Source: an uncultured virus (IMG/VR IMGVR_UViG_3300027973_000051)
Taxonomy: Duplodnaviria; Heunggongvirae; Uroviricota; Caudoviricetes
DNA: 64,000 nt
IMG/VR virus record: IMGVR_UViG_3300027973_000051
Direction: 5' to 3' (one strand)
Part shown: piece after piece, positions 41,601 to 49,950 of the stretch
Position numbering within the stretch: position 1 is the first letter of the stretch
How the letters are laid out: each line of letters starts with the position of its first letter
The notes under the pieces: generated by a model
The model's database searches: none
The model's input: only the letters and a program-made list of their open reading frames with translations
What the model was told of the DNA's origin: nothing
Made by a program: the position numbers and the translations under genes

Positions 41601-42494
41601 AGAGTTTGAGTCAATTTTAAGCCATGCTTCAAACGTATACTCTTTATACTGACCAACCTTATTTAAAAAACCTTTTCCAGGAACAATTAGAGATGGAAGA
41701 TTACCATTTGGTGATAGAAGTGTAACATTTGATGCACCATAAACCATTGGCACTCCAGAATTTTTTGCAACTAATGCATTATCTTTAACAAAGTAATAAC
41801 CAGAACTTTCCTCTAACCCATATGCTGCTGCTGGCACTACATCTGATGTTGGCAAATTAATTGTATTTGGCAAAGTTTGTTTTGCAACTCCCAAAGATGT
41901 AGAGTTAAATTCTTCAGACCACTGACCAAAACTTATTCCATTAACTAAAAATTTATAATCATTTGAAGATGCCCCACCTGAAACATAGTTGATCCTTAAA
42001 ACAATTCTTGCATCAGTATCTTCATTTGGTATTTCAAATGTTTCTGAAATAAATAACCAGGAATTAGTAATTCCAGTATCAAATCTTCTTAGTTCTTGAA
42101 CAATGGTACCACTTGTTGCATCGTCGTACTCATATCCAATTTCTATACTCAAAATATAAGGGCTTATGGAGTTTACATATCCACCAATTGAAAAAGTAGA
42201 CAAATCTGAGTTTAATGACTTGAGACCAATAATGTCTGGGCTTATACACTCTATATATCCAGAGTCTTCTACTGGAACATCTCCACTCAATTCTAACAAA
42301 ATGCTTGAAGCAAAAGGCTTATCTGCAACTATGTTACTGACTTGACTTAAACCATTTTTAATGTTCCATAAATCAAAATTTCTTTCTTGTTCAGAGATCA
42401 ATGTCACATAGTCTGCAGTATCATCCAATGCCCATAAAACTGATGGGTGCTCAGAGAAAATCTTTTCTGCGTATAAGTTTGATGGACTAGACAT
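38685..42494 (-). CDS. Large virion structural protein with lectin/LamG-like segments
   Basis: 1269 aa, Ser/Asn/aromatic beta-rich; P..LWALDD and YTFEAWLK LamG-like motifs. Confidence 0.5.
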   Translation of the reverse strand: MSSPSNLYAEKIFSEHPSVLWALDDTADYVTLISEQERNFDLWNIKNGLSQVSNIVADKPFASSILLELSGDVPVEDSGYIECISPDIIGLKSLNSDLSTFSIGGYVNSISPYILSIEIGYEYDDATSGTIVQELRRFDTGITNSWLFISETFEIPNEDTDARIVLRINYVSGGASSNDYKFLVNGISFGQWSEEFNSTSLGVAKQTLPNTINLPTSDVVPAAAYGLEESSGYYFVKDNALVAKNSGVPMVYGASNVTLLSPNGNLPSLIVPGKGFLNKVGQYKEYTFEAWLKIDSNSTTPKRIIGPIGSEDGIYVNGPFISLKIDKHYGSHFVGEWYRPMLIQIKVVKDTASLIINGEQVISINMITSSLNLPNEFAENGKSQDWIGFYAHTDVSPIEVDCVAIYPYQVPLIVAKKRWVYGQGVEFPENINNAYSGTSVFVDYPFADYTNNYSYPEIGRWSQGSIDNLSIQDNVLSTPAYTLPTIFFDNKTEQQFYSDVDPIQLESDLFFSLRPNSSWSDTSGYLYFDSLDFLTESTSALYGVFKEKSVMDQDQILIEIKDKSSSDSFQIKLGNSSIDYVLNYGDTQTTVYRTQRYYAGEHFTVGINIQDLSDFFGSNVASFFGRRSFLSVYIAGNPDLNKTFTGNVYKVGFCTERNLSQIKDKFDSRGIMSDSEILSYLIGPNYSDINNGLPIDESYIQALPVVGGSEYSTNSWTTTYNPSVTNSLGQDIVQPVSESTSSLFDHTASYTLVGKEYFGVFALDIAVNGYWEDYVPLSYFAQYVTNDRQDSYYNLDFIQFNINYPAPSIYSETETLSEWNYGESKTVQVNGQSKVLTSLLEEYRNPIQRKYTSLDNHLFTNYDNYDDLRYRSTKTYNYDTSKSLINSYVTFQYISEGANSSFSYFNNTIPASKDGIVTPGQNWLGTKYEVVDNMLIYPPTGIDFSDLAIVTHINFNIDGILNYKVGLRNLQFASQAFNEAPNAIGTRFGTPIYPYVKSGIYFDYKEKNPYSIYKNSTPYLYLTRTSGIELRGQYDPEINRGLSIPINSTKAENYKVMALQAAIRYDKDFFPAAPTQIFEIESNDSFIKFFMVATDKNGKRAKIYAINGNTGKLEDGIAFYWNGNIVKEPAITIKEWGFLGISFSTLLDFRKNVGAIRVNGPILINNISHYQSTNLQEVQKVAIRPWFKVKYDGQIPLDWTYWPHPPYIWKNILVLSSTSYYGVKPSDIYKSFVGTNKIIVDDSSIFMFDNYRYNVYQDIAWQQNSLNAV

Positions 42495-42519
42495 TATAAG
42501 TCTATTTTACCACAGAAGG

Positions 42520-44550
42520 CTACTTAGTTTTGATCTCACAGTAGTCTGTTGTGCAGTATGCTTCACCCATTGCTTCTAGGTTATCAGCACCATCATAAAT
42601 AGCACTAAAATCAATATGCTTGAGTTTTCCAATATACCCCTGATATTCTTCTTCTGTTATTTGAGTATATGGCTGTTGAGGATAAACAGTATTTCCCATT
42701 GGAAGGAATGAAACTGCTTTTAGTTGTCCTTCATACATATTTAGTGCTGGAGCAACATGCTTAGACTCAGTTTCCTTATCAAAGGAAAGTGTCACAGAAA
42801 CTCCATTGTCTGACCAATACTTTTGAGCAGTTGCTGCTAAGGCAATCTTTTCAAATAAAGTTACATCTTTTTCTGAACGCTTTTGACCCGACTTAATTGG
42901 AAAATAAACAACAGATGTATTTGCTGAAACAACATCTTTTTCAACATTGTAATTTGCTGCTTTAAATAAATGAAGCATTGGATCTGTATCTCCAAAACGA
43001 ACTGCACGAAGGAAGAACTCTCCTCCAGGTCCCCAGTGAACTCCAGGAGTTGCTCCAGAAAGAATTGAAACAGATCCAGACGGCTTAACTGTTGTTACAC
43101 GAATTGATTCACGAACACAGAGCCACTCCGAATACTGATGGTCATAGTGACGAATTTTCTTGTATCCTTCATCCATCCATTCACGAACTGTTGGCAAACC
43201 GTGATTATCTGCAAAAGATGCAATTCCTGTAAGAGATGTTCCAATGCGACGATTACGCTGCATGATGCCATTTGTTTGTGGCCAATGTGTTGGAAGAAGC
43301 GTAACTGTCTTTCCATATAAATAAGCAAACTTTAATGTCTTGAGGAAGTCCTCCTTAGAATCATGTCGATTTAAGTGCACTTCTACAAGTGTACAAAGTT
43401 CGTATGATTCCAATGGCTGCTCCGCACAAGGATTAAAGCCCATAACACGATAGTCTTTTCCATCTGCTGGATCTGCTAGACGACCATAGTTACGAGCAAC
43501 ATCAAGCCAAATAAAACCTGGCTCTCCATTGTTAACAATTAGGTCGGTATACTTTTCGTAATCCATTCCAACTGTTGCAGAAATTGAGTTATTTGACATC
43601 CATGCCCATCCTGGGTTTTCTGGGTCAAACGAGTTTCTTTCTGGAAATACTTCTGAATTTTTTAGATTAATAAAATCTTCATCTCCTGATGAACCTAAAG
43701 CAAGAGTTGCAGATCTTCTAACATTACCTGATACAACACATGTACCAATTAGGTTAATAATATCTGTAATAGCACGAGAGTCTAGAGTTTCTCCTGCTCT
43801 ACCGCCTATAACTCGATCTATCTGTGTATGTAGTTGAATAAGTGGTGCTGGACCGCTAGCGACCCCTCCAAAGCCTTTAATTGGTGCTCCTAGAGGTCTG
43901 ATGAGATCATAGTTAAACTTTTGAATAGATTGATTTGCTCTAAGGTAAGAATTCAATAAAAGTCGAACTGAGTCTACCCATCCCTCACGAGTGTCTGGGA
44001 TTTCAAACATCTGTTCTGGCTCTGTTGGTGAGTAGATCTGAAAATTCTTTTCCTGTCCCACGGTATCAAAGCCAACGCCAATGCCAAGCATAAGTGCATC
44101 CATAACCCAAGCAAACAATGCACCTGGATCATTTTTATCTAAATCTTTTGTAGATACCATTGCACAGTTTTGAAGTGCAGCGGAGTTCTTTTTTTCCATC
44201 GTCATAGGTGTTCCAAATGTCCACATTCCACGTCCTGGTGGTGTCCATTTTAATTCAAACATTCTTTGGAATGCTTCTTGTGCTGACTTCTGGGCCTTAT
44301 AATCATTCCATGGAAGACGATTTTCTTTAGCATGATTCTTTTGAACTGAATACATTCCTTCAATTACACGACGACAAACTTCGTGCCATCTTTCTTTAGT
44401 TCCATCTTCCTTAACACGAGAATACGTACGAATAAAAGTAATTTCACCAAGTGAGTTTTCTGCTGCATCTTTAAATCCAAATGGATTTTCTTTACTCTTG
44501 TACCCTTCTACAAAATCTTCTGGAAGTTTAAAACTAAAAAAATCTGACAT
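42520..44550 (-). CDS. nrdJ: Class II (adenosylcobalamin-dependent) ribonucleotide reductase
   Basis: TPPGRG, LQNC, NPCAEQ (catalytic NxCxE), TTVKPSG, C-terminal CTTDYC; RTPR-like. Confidence 0.92.
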   Translation of the reverse strand: MSDFFSFKLPEDFVEGYKSKENPFGFKDAAENSLGEITFIRTYSRVKEDGTKERWHEVCRRVIEGMYSVQKNHAKENRLPWNDYKAQKSAQEAFQRMFELKWTPPGRGMWTFGTPMTMEKKNSAALQNCAMVSTKDLDKNDPGALFAWVMDALMLGIGVGFDTVGQEKNFQIYSPTEPEQMFEIPDTREGWVDSVRLLLNSYLRANQSIQKFNYDLIRPLGAPIKGFGGVASGPAPLIQLHTQIDRVIGGRAGETLDSRAITDIINLIGTCVVSGNVRRSATLALGSSGDEDFINLKNSEVFPERNSFDPENPGWAWMSNNSISATVGMDYEKYTDLIVNNGEPGFIWLDVARNYGRLADPADGKDYRVMGFNPCAEQPLESYELCTLVEVHLNRHDSKEDFLKTLKFAYLYGKTVTLLPTHWPQTNGIMQRNRRIGTSLTGIASFADNHGLPTVREWMDEGYKKIRHYDHQYSEWLCVRESIRVTTVKPSGSVSILSGATPGVHWGPGGEFFLRAVRFGDTDPMLHLFKAANYNVEKDVVSANTSVVYFPIKSGQKRSEKDVTLFEKIALAATAQKYWSDNGVSVTLSFDKETESKHVAPALNMYEGQLKAVSFLPMGNTVYPQQPYTQITEEEYQGYIGKLKHIDFSAIYDGADNLEAMGEAYCTTDYCEIKTK

Positions 44551-44582
44551 GTTATCGTCCTTTCAAAAACGGAATAGAGTTA

Positions 44583-44591
44583 ATTATAGCA
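44583..44591 (-). promoter_or_regulatory. Extended -10 TGCTATAAT
   Basis: Upstream of nrdJ; AGAGTTTT...AAAACTCT inverted repeat just upstream. Confidence 0.6.
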
Positions 44592-44656
44592 GAGTTTTAT
44601 AAAAAGCAAAACTCTACCTAAATGTCTTATTGATAGTTATACAAAAACTAAAACTA

Positions 44657-45403
44657 TTATGTATAACTTTTTTTATGCCACATTAATTTTTTATATCCAG
44701 AATTAAACATTGTTCTAACTTTATGAGCAATTTGCCTTATTCTGTTATATTCTTCTTGGCTTCTAATAATTTCTGAAACAAATTCTTGTCTCTTAAAAGG
44801 AATAACTTGTGCTATTGGCGTACCACGTTGTACGTATCCTTTAAAATCTTTCTTTACTAAAAACGACAACAAGCCATCTGATGGATATGTATCAATATCA
44901 ATAATAGCAGAAATTGCATATAAAGGAGATATCTCTTGATGTTGTGGTTGCATAAATAATGCACTCACCCCTGCTTCACCCTCAATTATCCAAATTGGAT
45001 TAATTCTAAAAATAAACTCTATATATTTATCAGTATCTATGGGATAGCCGTCTAATTGCTTCATCTCATGATTACCAATCATTGGCTTTAATCCTAATGC
45101 ATTAAAAGACTCCATTGCTTGTGGAATTTGAAAGTCTCTTTTTCCTTCTGTTGTATCTATATAGATATCAAATGGAGCCTTGAGCATGTAACCAGATGAT
45201 AGTATGTCTAAAAAGGCAACACATCTTTTTACCGTCAGTTTTTGATTACCACCAACTGGAGTGTTATCTTTGTTATAAAAAGAATCAACTTTTTTATACC
45301 ATGAAGGAATTTCTTTAAATGCTGGAACTGGTTCAGGAAACAGATCTATGTTTTTAGGCATAGTTGATATGAACTTTAGTTTAAGAGCCTTTTCTTTTCT
45401 CAT
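44657..45403 (-). CDS. DUF6065-like hypothetical protein
   Basis: PSWYK...KRCVAFLD...GY...GTPIAQVIPFKR, a pattern I associate with phage proteins clustered with 2OG-Fe(II) oxygenases; function unknown. Confidence 0.5.
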   Translation of the reverse strand: MRKEKALKLKFISTMPKNIDLFPEPVPAFKEIPSWYKKVDSFYNKDNTPVGGNQKLTVKRCVAFLDILSSGYMLKAPFDIYIDTTEGKRDFQIPQAMESFNALGLKPMIGNHEMKQLDGYPIDTDKYIEFIFRINPIWIIEGEAGVSALFMQPQHQEISPLYAISAIIDIDTYPSDGLLSFLVKKDFKGYVQRGTPIAQVIPFKRQEFVSEIIRSQEEYNRIRQIAHKVRTMFNSGYKKLMWHKKSYT

Positions 45404-45409
45404 ATAACT

Positions 45410-45418
45410 AGTATACCA
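45410..45418 (-). promoter_or_regulatory. Extended -10 TGGTATACT, leaderless
   Basis: 6 nt before ATG 45403. Confidence 0.6.
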
Positions 45419-45422
45419 CTAG

Positions 45423-47078
45423 TTAGATTTGTGAGTCTGGACGGTCAAATACAAGCATCTTCTTGGTAAAGAAGTTATCATAAGGCTCACAGTTGATAGA
45501 AACCTTTTCAAGATTCATATAGACTGTTTCAACTAATGATATATCGACAAATGATGCTGACTCTGGAGAGAATATCTGATATGTTGTATCAATATCTGTT
45601 GCTTTTATGAACTTTGATACACCATTCTTCTTAACTAAAATGTAGTGAGACTTAGAAAATAGATCTCCATCAATATAGATAAACTCTGTCTGAACCTCTC
45701 TATTTATTGCAGTAATAGTTGTTTCAACAATGTTGCTTTGATCAAGAGAAAGATCTGAAGATGTCCATGTTAACCAATCATCTGCTGTTGTACCCATGTT
45801 AACACCTAAAAGAACGTCTCCAACTTCTAGTTCTCCAGCAAGTTTTGTAGTTCCTGGTGCTCCTGCAACAAGAACTTCTGTGAGAATGCTGATTGAGTTA
45901 AAGAAACCAAATGCTCCAAACATAGGGGCTGGTGTAAATCCAAAGGCACTGAATGCACCGAAGGCTGCGAACATTGGTGTAAATCCAAAGGCACCGAATG
46001 CACCGAAGGCTGCGAACATTGGTGTAAATGCGAACGGAGTAAATCCAAATGGAGCAAATCCAAATGGCGTAAATCCAAACGCACCAAATGGTACGAATGA
46101 AAACGCAGCAAATGGTACGAATCCAAATGGTGTAAATCCAAATGGTGTAAATGAGAATGCTGATGTTATAGATCCTGATGCTGGTGAAGTTGAAGAAGAA
46201 CCACAGGCATTATCAACACGTACTGTATATGTCTGTGCTGTTCCTGATTCTTGTCCAACAACTACAGATAAAGATCCTGTGTTACCTGATTTACCGTCAG
46301 AAGATGCCCAGTAATAGTTTGTAATTGCAGATCCACCAGTTGCTGGTGCTGTCCATGAAACTGTATCATTAGCAGAGTTTGCAGAACCAGCAGCAGAGGC
46401 ACCACCCACAGCAGCAGTTGTTACTGTTGGTGCTGAAGGTGTTGCTGGAACAGTAGTTACTGTTACTGCAGAAGATGATGAGGTTAAATCAGAGTTACCA
46501 TTTGCATTAGATACTCGACCCTGGAATGTGTAGTTTGTTGCAGATGATAAACCTGTAACGCTAACTGGAGAAGATGCACCTGATGCATTCTGACCACCAT
46601 TTGAGATTGCGTAGTAATCTGAAATTGCTTTTCCACCTGTTGCATTTGCTGTCATAGCAACTGTTACAAGTCCATTATTGTAAGCACGACCAGAACAAGT
46701 GTTTGTTATTGCTCCCAGTGTTGGTGCTGCTGGGACAGTAGTTGCAGTAATTTGACCAGATGCTGAAGAGTCAGAACCACGTCCACCTGCTGTATTTGTT
46801 CCATATACCTTAAATGTGTAGTTTGTTCCTGCTGCAAGACCTGTTACGGTCAATGGAGATGATGCACCAGTGGCAGTTTTTGTTGGATCTTCAACAGCAT
46901 ATGCTGTAAATGAATCCGCTGTATTTGGACCTGTTGCTGTAAATGTTACGGTTGCTGCTCCATTATTATATGGACGGGCTGTTCCGACATCTGTTGCGGT
47001 TCCAATTGTTGGTGCGTATGGGGCAAGGAAGTCATTTGCTGACTGTGCCTTACCTCCGATCTTTTTATTAACTGCCAT
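45423..47078 (-). CDS. FN3-repeat protein with Phe-rich repeat and C-terminal Hint domain
   Basis: Three FN3-like repeats (ASSPLTVTGL...YTF.V), 87 aa F/G/A/P repeat, then SISILTEVL...LEVGD...SKSH...NCEPYDNFF...LVFD. Confidence 0.75.
   Translation of the reverse strand: MAVNKKIGGKAQSANDFLAPYAPTIGTATDVGTARPYNNGAATVTFTATGPNTADSFTAYAVEDPTKTATGASSPLTVTGLAAGTNYTFKVYGTNTAGGRGSDSSASGQITATTVPAAPTLGAITNTCSGRAYNNGLVTVAMTANATGGKAISDYYAISNGGQNASGASSPVSVTGLSSATNYTFQGRVSNANGNSDLTSSSSAVTVTTVPATPSAPTVTTAAVGGASAAGSANSANDTVSWTAPATGGSAITNYYWASSDGKSGNTGSLSVVVGQESGTAQTYTVRVDNACGSSSTSPASGSITSAFSFTPFGFTPFGFVPFAAFSFVPFGAFGFTPFGFAPFGFTPFAFTPMFAAFGAFGAFGFTPMFAAFGAFSAFGFTPAPMFGAFGFFNSISILTEVLVAGAPGTTKLAGELEVGDVLLGVNMGTTADDWLTWTSSDLSLDQSNIVETTITAINREVQTEFIYIDGDLFSKSHYILVKKNGVSKFIKATDIDTTYQIFSPESASFVDISLVETVYMNLEKVSINCEPYDNFFTKKMLVFDRPDSQI
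45931..46020. repeat. 45 nt tandem duplication in Phe-rich repeat
   Basis: GGTGTAAATCCAAAGGCAC(T/C)GAATGCACCGAAGGCTGCGAACATT x2, one mismatch. Confidence 0.9.
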
Positions 47079-47106
47079 TGGTGAATCTCCTTTTTTCTAC
47101 TTAAAT

Positions 47107-49407
47107 TTATGCTGTCAAGTCGCCGAACACTACCCAAGTATCAGATGCTCTCTTGAAAAGAGTAGCAGATGACCAGGTTGTGCGTAACTTGGCTGTGTTA
47201 GATCCACCAGAAGGTGCACAGTTAAGTGTGACTCCTGCTGCTCCAACGATTGAAACCTGTCCTGCACCAGTCTGTAGGATATCAATTGATGTTCCTACTG
47301 GATAAGCAACTGCTGAGTTCAAAGGAACTGTGATAGTTGCTGCTGTTGCTTTGCTTACCTCAATAAGAGAGTCTCTTTCTGTTAATGCTGAAAGTGTGTA
47401 AGAGTCTGTCTTCTGAATGATAGGTGTCCGTGATACTACACCTTCCTTTGTCTGTGTACCATCTGTAAATACTACACCAGATGAAGATAGTGTTAATGCT
47501 CCAGTGATTGTTGGTGTAGCAAGTGTTGGTGATGATGAAGGTGCCTTAGCATCAATTTGTGTTTGAATTGCTGAAGTTACACCGTCAAGATACTGAAGTT
47601 CAGTATTTGAAACATTTCCAATTGTTGCAGATGTTGCATCAAGTGCTCCTACTACAAGAGCATCCTTTGTATATGTTGTAAAATCGATTGTATCTGAAGG
47701 TTCTGTAGTTACTCCAGAGAACAACTTCCACTTTCCATCAGTTGCATCACGAACAATACCTGTGTGCTGGTATGTACCGTTATCAAAATGACCTACAACT
47801 CCAAGATCCTTAGAATTTGCAGCATTTCCAGTTCCGATATAGATAAGAGGATCTGTAACTTCAAGATTTGTTGAAGAAACTGTAGTAGTAGTTCCATTAA
47901 CAGTTAGGTTACCTGTAACAGTAAGTGCTGCTGTTGTTGTTGTACCAGTAAATGTTGGCCCAGCAAGTGGTGCCTTAGCATCTAACTGAGTTTGAATTGC
48001 TGATGTCACGCCATCGACATATCCAATTTCAGTTGATGAAACATTTCCAATAGATGTTGTACTTGGAAGAACAACTGTTCCTGTAAATGTTGGACCAGCA
48101 AGGTTAGACTTTAGGTCAAGTGCTGTTTGAGTTGCTGAAGATACTGGCTTATTAGCATCTGATGTATTATCAACAGATCCTAGACCAACCATTGACTTTG
48201 TAATACCAGAAACTGTTCCAGTAAATGTTGGACCAGCAAGGTTAGCCTTTAGGTCAAGTGCTGTTTGCTGTGCTGTAGATACTGGCTTTGCAGTATCTGC
48301 TGTATTATCAACATTTGCAAGTCCTACTGAAGACTTTGTAAGTGCTGCTACTGCAGTTGAAACTGCTCCGTCAGCATAAGTCTTTGTAGCAAGTGCTGCA
48401 GTATCTGCAATACCGTGAACAGATGTTGTGCCTGAATTATGTGTTGAAATCTTTGTATCTGCTGCAGTTGCTGCTGCTGAGGTTGCTGCAGTTTGAGCAT
48501 CTGAAGCCTTTCCATCAGCATAAGTCTTTGTTGCAAGTAGTGATGTATCTGCAATTCCATGAACATTTGTAATGTCGTCTGAGTGTGTTGCAATCTTTGA
48601 ATCTGCTGCAGTACCTGCTGCAATAATTGCTGCTGCTTCTGCTGCATCTGCTGCAGTACCTGCTGCAGTAATTGCTGCTGCTTCTGCTGCATCTGCTGCG
48701 CCTTCGGCTGCTGCATCTGCATAACTCTTTGTTGCAAGGTTTGCAGTGTTTGCAATTCCATGAACATCTGTAGTATCTGCAGAGTGAGTTGAAACTGCAC
48801 TTGCTGCTGCTGTTGAAGCATCAAGCAATACAATAAAATCAGAAATATCTTCTGAATAAACTAGGTTTCCTGTATCAGAGATTCCGTGAACCATTGTTGT
48901 GTCTGCATCATGGTTTGATACTGCTGTATCAGCGTATGACTTTGTTGCAAGGGCTGATGTATCTGCAATTCCATGAACTGAGGTTGTTGCATTCTTATGT
49001 AGATCTACGTATGTAAGTCCAGCCTTTGTAGCAAGTGCGCTAACAATTGTTGCTGCATAACTTGAGTCATTATTAAGTGCTGCAGAAATCTCATTAAGTG
49101 TATCTAGGGCTGCTCCTGCTCCGCCAATGACGTTTGCAAGTTGTGCTGCTGGTACATTTCCACTTGAATCAAGTGAGGCAACGCCATTTGCTTGACCCTT
49201 TGTTAATACTGGTACGTAATCATCAAGTGATCCGCCCAAGTCTTCTAAATTCTTGAATGGAGATAGATCTGACCAAACGTTTACACCATCGCCGATGCGG
49301 AACTCATTAGTGTCTGTCTCAAATCCCATTTCTCCTGCTGCTAAAACTGGGTCTGCATCTAACCATTGCTGTGCAGTTCCTCTGCGCTGTTGCATTCTTG
49401 TTGCCAT
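47107..49407 (-). CDS. Tail fibre with Mtd_N-like N-terminus
   Basis: QRRGTAQQW...PVLAAGEMGFETDT...IGDG; VHGIADT repeats; VGL.NVDNT.D repeats; ends WVVFGDLTA. Confidence 0.8.
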   Translation of the reverse strand: MATRMQQRRGTAQQWLDADPVLAAGEMGFETDTNEFRIGDGVNVWSDLSPFKNLEDLGGSLDDYVPVLTKGQANGVASLDSSGNVPAAQLANVIGGAGAALDTLNEISAALNNDSSYAATIVSALATKAGLTYVDLHKNATTSVHGIADTSALATKSYADTAVSNHDADTTMVHGISDTGNLVYSEDISDFIVLLDASTAAASAVSTHSADTTDVHGIANTANLATKSYADAAAEGAADAAEAAAITAAGTAADAAEAAAIIAAGTAADSKIATHSDDITNVHGIADTSLLATKTYADGKASDAQTAATSAAATAADTKISTHNSGTTSVHGIADTAALATKTYADGAVSTAVAALTKSSVGLANVDNTADTAKPVSTAQQTALDLKANLAGPTFTGTVSGITKSMVGLGSVDNTSDANKPVSSATQTALDLKSNLAGPTFTGTVVLPSTTSIGNVSSTEIGYVDGVTSAIQTQLDAKAPLAGPTFTGTTTTAALTVTGNLTVNGTTTTVSSTNLEVTDPLIYIGTGNAANSKDLGVVGHFDNGTYQHTGIVRDATDGKWKLFSGVTTEPSDTIDFTTYTKDALVVGALDATSATIGNVSNTELQYLDGVTSAIQTQIDAKAPSSSPTLATPTITGALTLSSSGVVFTDGTQTKEGVVSRTPIIQKTDSYTLSALTERDSLIEVSKATAATITVPLNSAVAYPVGTSIDILQTGAGQVSIVGAAGVTLNCAPSGGSNTAKLRTTWSSATLFKRASDTWVVFGDLTA
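48601..48690. repeat. 45 nt tandem duplication in tail fibre
   Basis: ATCTGCTGCAGTACCTGCTGCA(A/G)TAATTGCTGCTGCTTCTGCTGC x2. Confidence 0.85.
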
Positions 49408-49465
49408 TTATTATCTCCTTTTATGGGGGCTGCCCATTAACTTATCTTATTATAACATCAATTTT

Positions 49466-49915
49466 TTAATTGAAATTATCTACTACACTACCGCCATCGA
49501 ATACTACTGTCCAAGTTGTTGTACTTGGTCCACCAGAATCCAAACCTACCCCCATAGGGCTATTAAATGATCCACCTTCATAGAACTGAGATACTATGAA
49601 ACCAGTTCCATCAATTGCGGTATCGTGAATGTGCTGTGGTAAATTATTTGTATCATCAATAGTTGCTTGGGTATACCAAGATCCATTGTAATAAAAATTA
49701 ACTCTATTTGTTATAGTGTCTAACCACATTTTTCCATTAGTTGGTGAAGAAGGAGCAGTTGAGCCAACAGCCATTGATCGATTATCGACATACTCCTTGG
49801 TTGCTGCATGCTCAGCAAGAGTTGGTACTCCTACTGTTACTGCATCTCCGAATGTACCGCCGTTAGTTACGACTAAGCCATTCTTGACCTTGAAGTCTTT
49901 TTCTACTGTTGCCAT
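49466..49915 (-). CDS. Short fibre-like virion protein
   Basis: HAATKEYVD and APSSPTNGKMWLDT fibre motifs. Confidence 0.6.
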   Translation of the reverse strand: MATVEKDFKVKNGLVVTNGGTFGDAVTVGVPTLAEHAATKEYVDNRSMAVGSTAPSSPTNGKMWLDTITNRVNFYYNGSWYTQATIDDTNNLPQHIHDTAIDGTGFIVSQFYEGGSFNSPMGVGLDSGGPSTTTWTVVFDGGSVVDNFN

Positions 49916-49950
49916 TTACTACTCCTTCTTCCAACTATTTTTATTTTTTA

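Noticed and set aside
45423..45896. Classical mobile intein
   Set aside because: No endonuclease, no meaningful C-extein, no terminal HN plus C/S/T; no inteins seen in DnaE, DnaB, RecA, TerL or NrdJ.
45796..46314. Plus-strand NPNG-repeat ORF (and the similar 56115-56498 ORF)
   Set aside because: Antisense shadow of the Phe-rich repeats; no RBS or promoter.
48348..48833. Poly-Gln ORFs (also 57496-57681, 56581-56769)
   Set aside because: Alternate-frame reading of GCA/CCA/ACA-rich codons in fibre genes.
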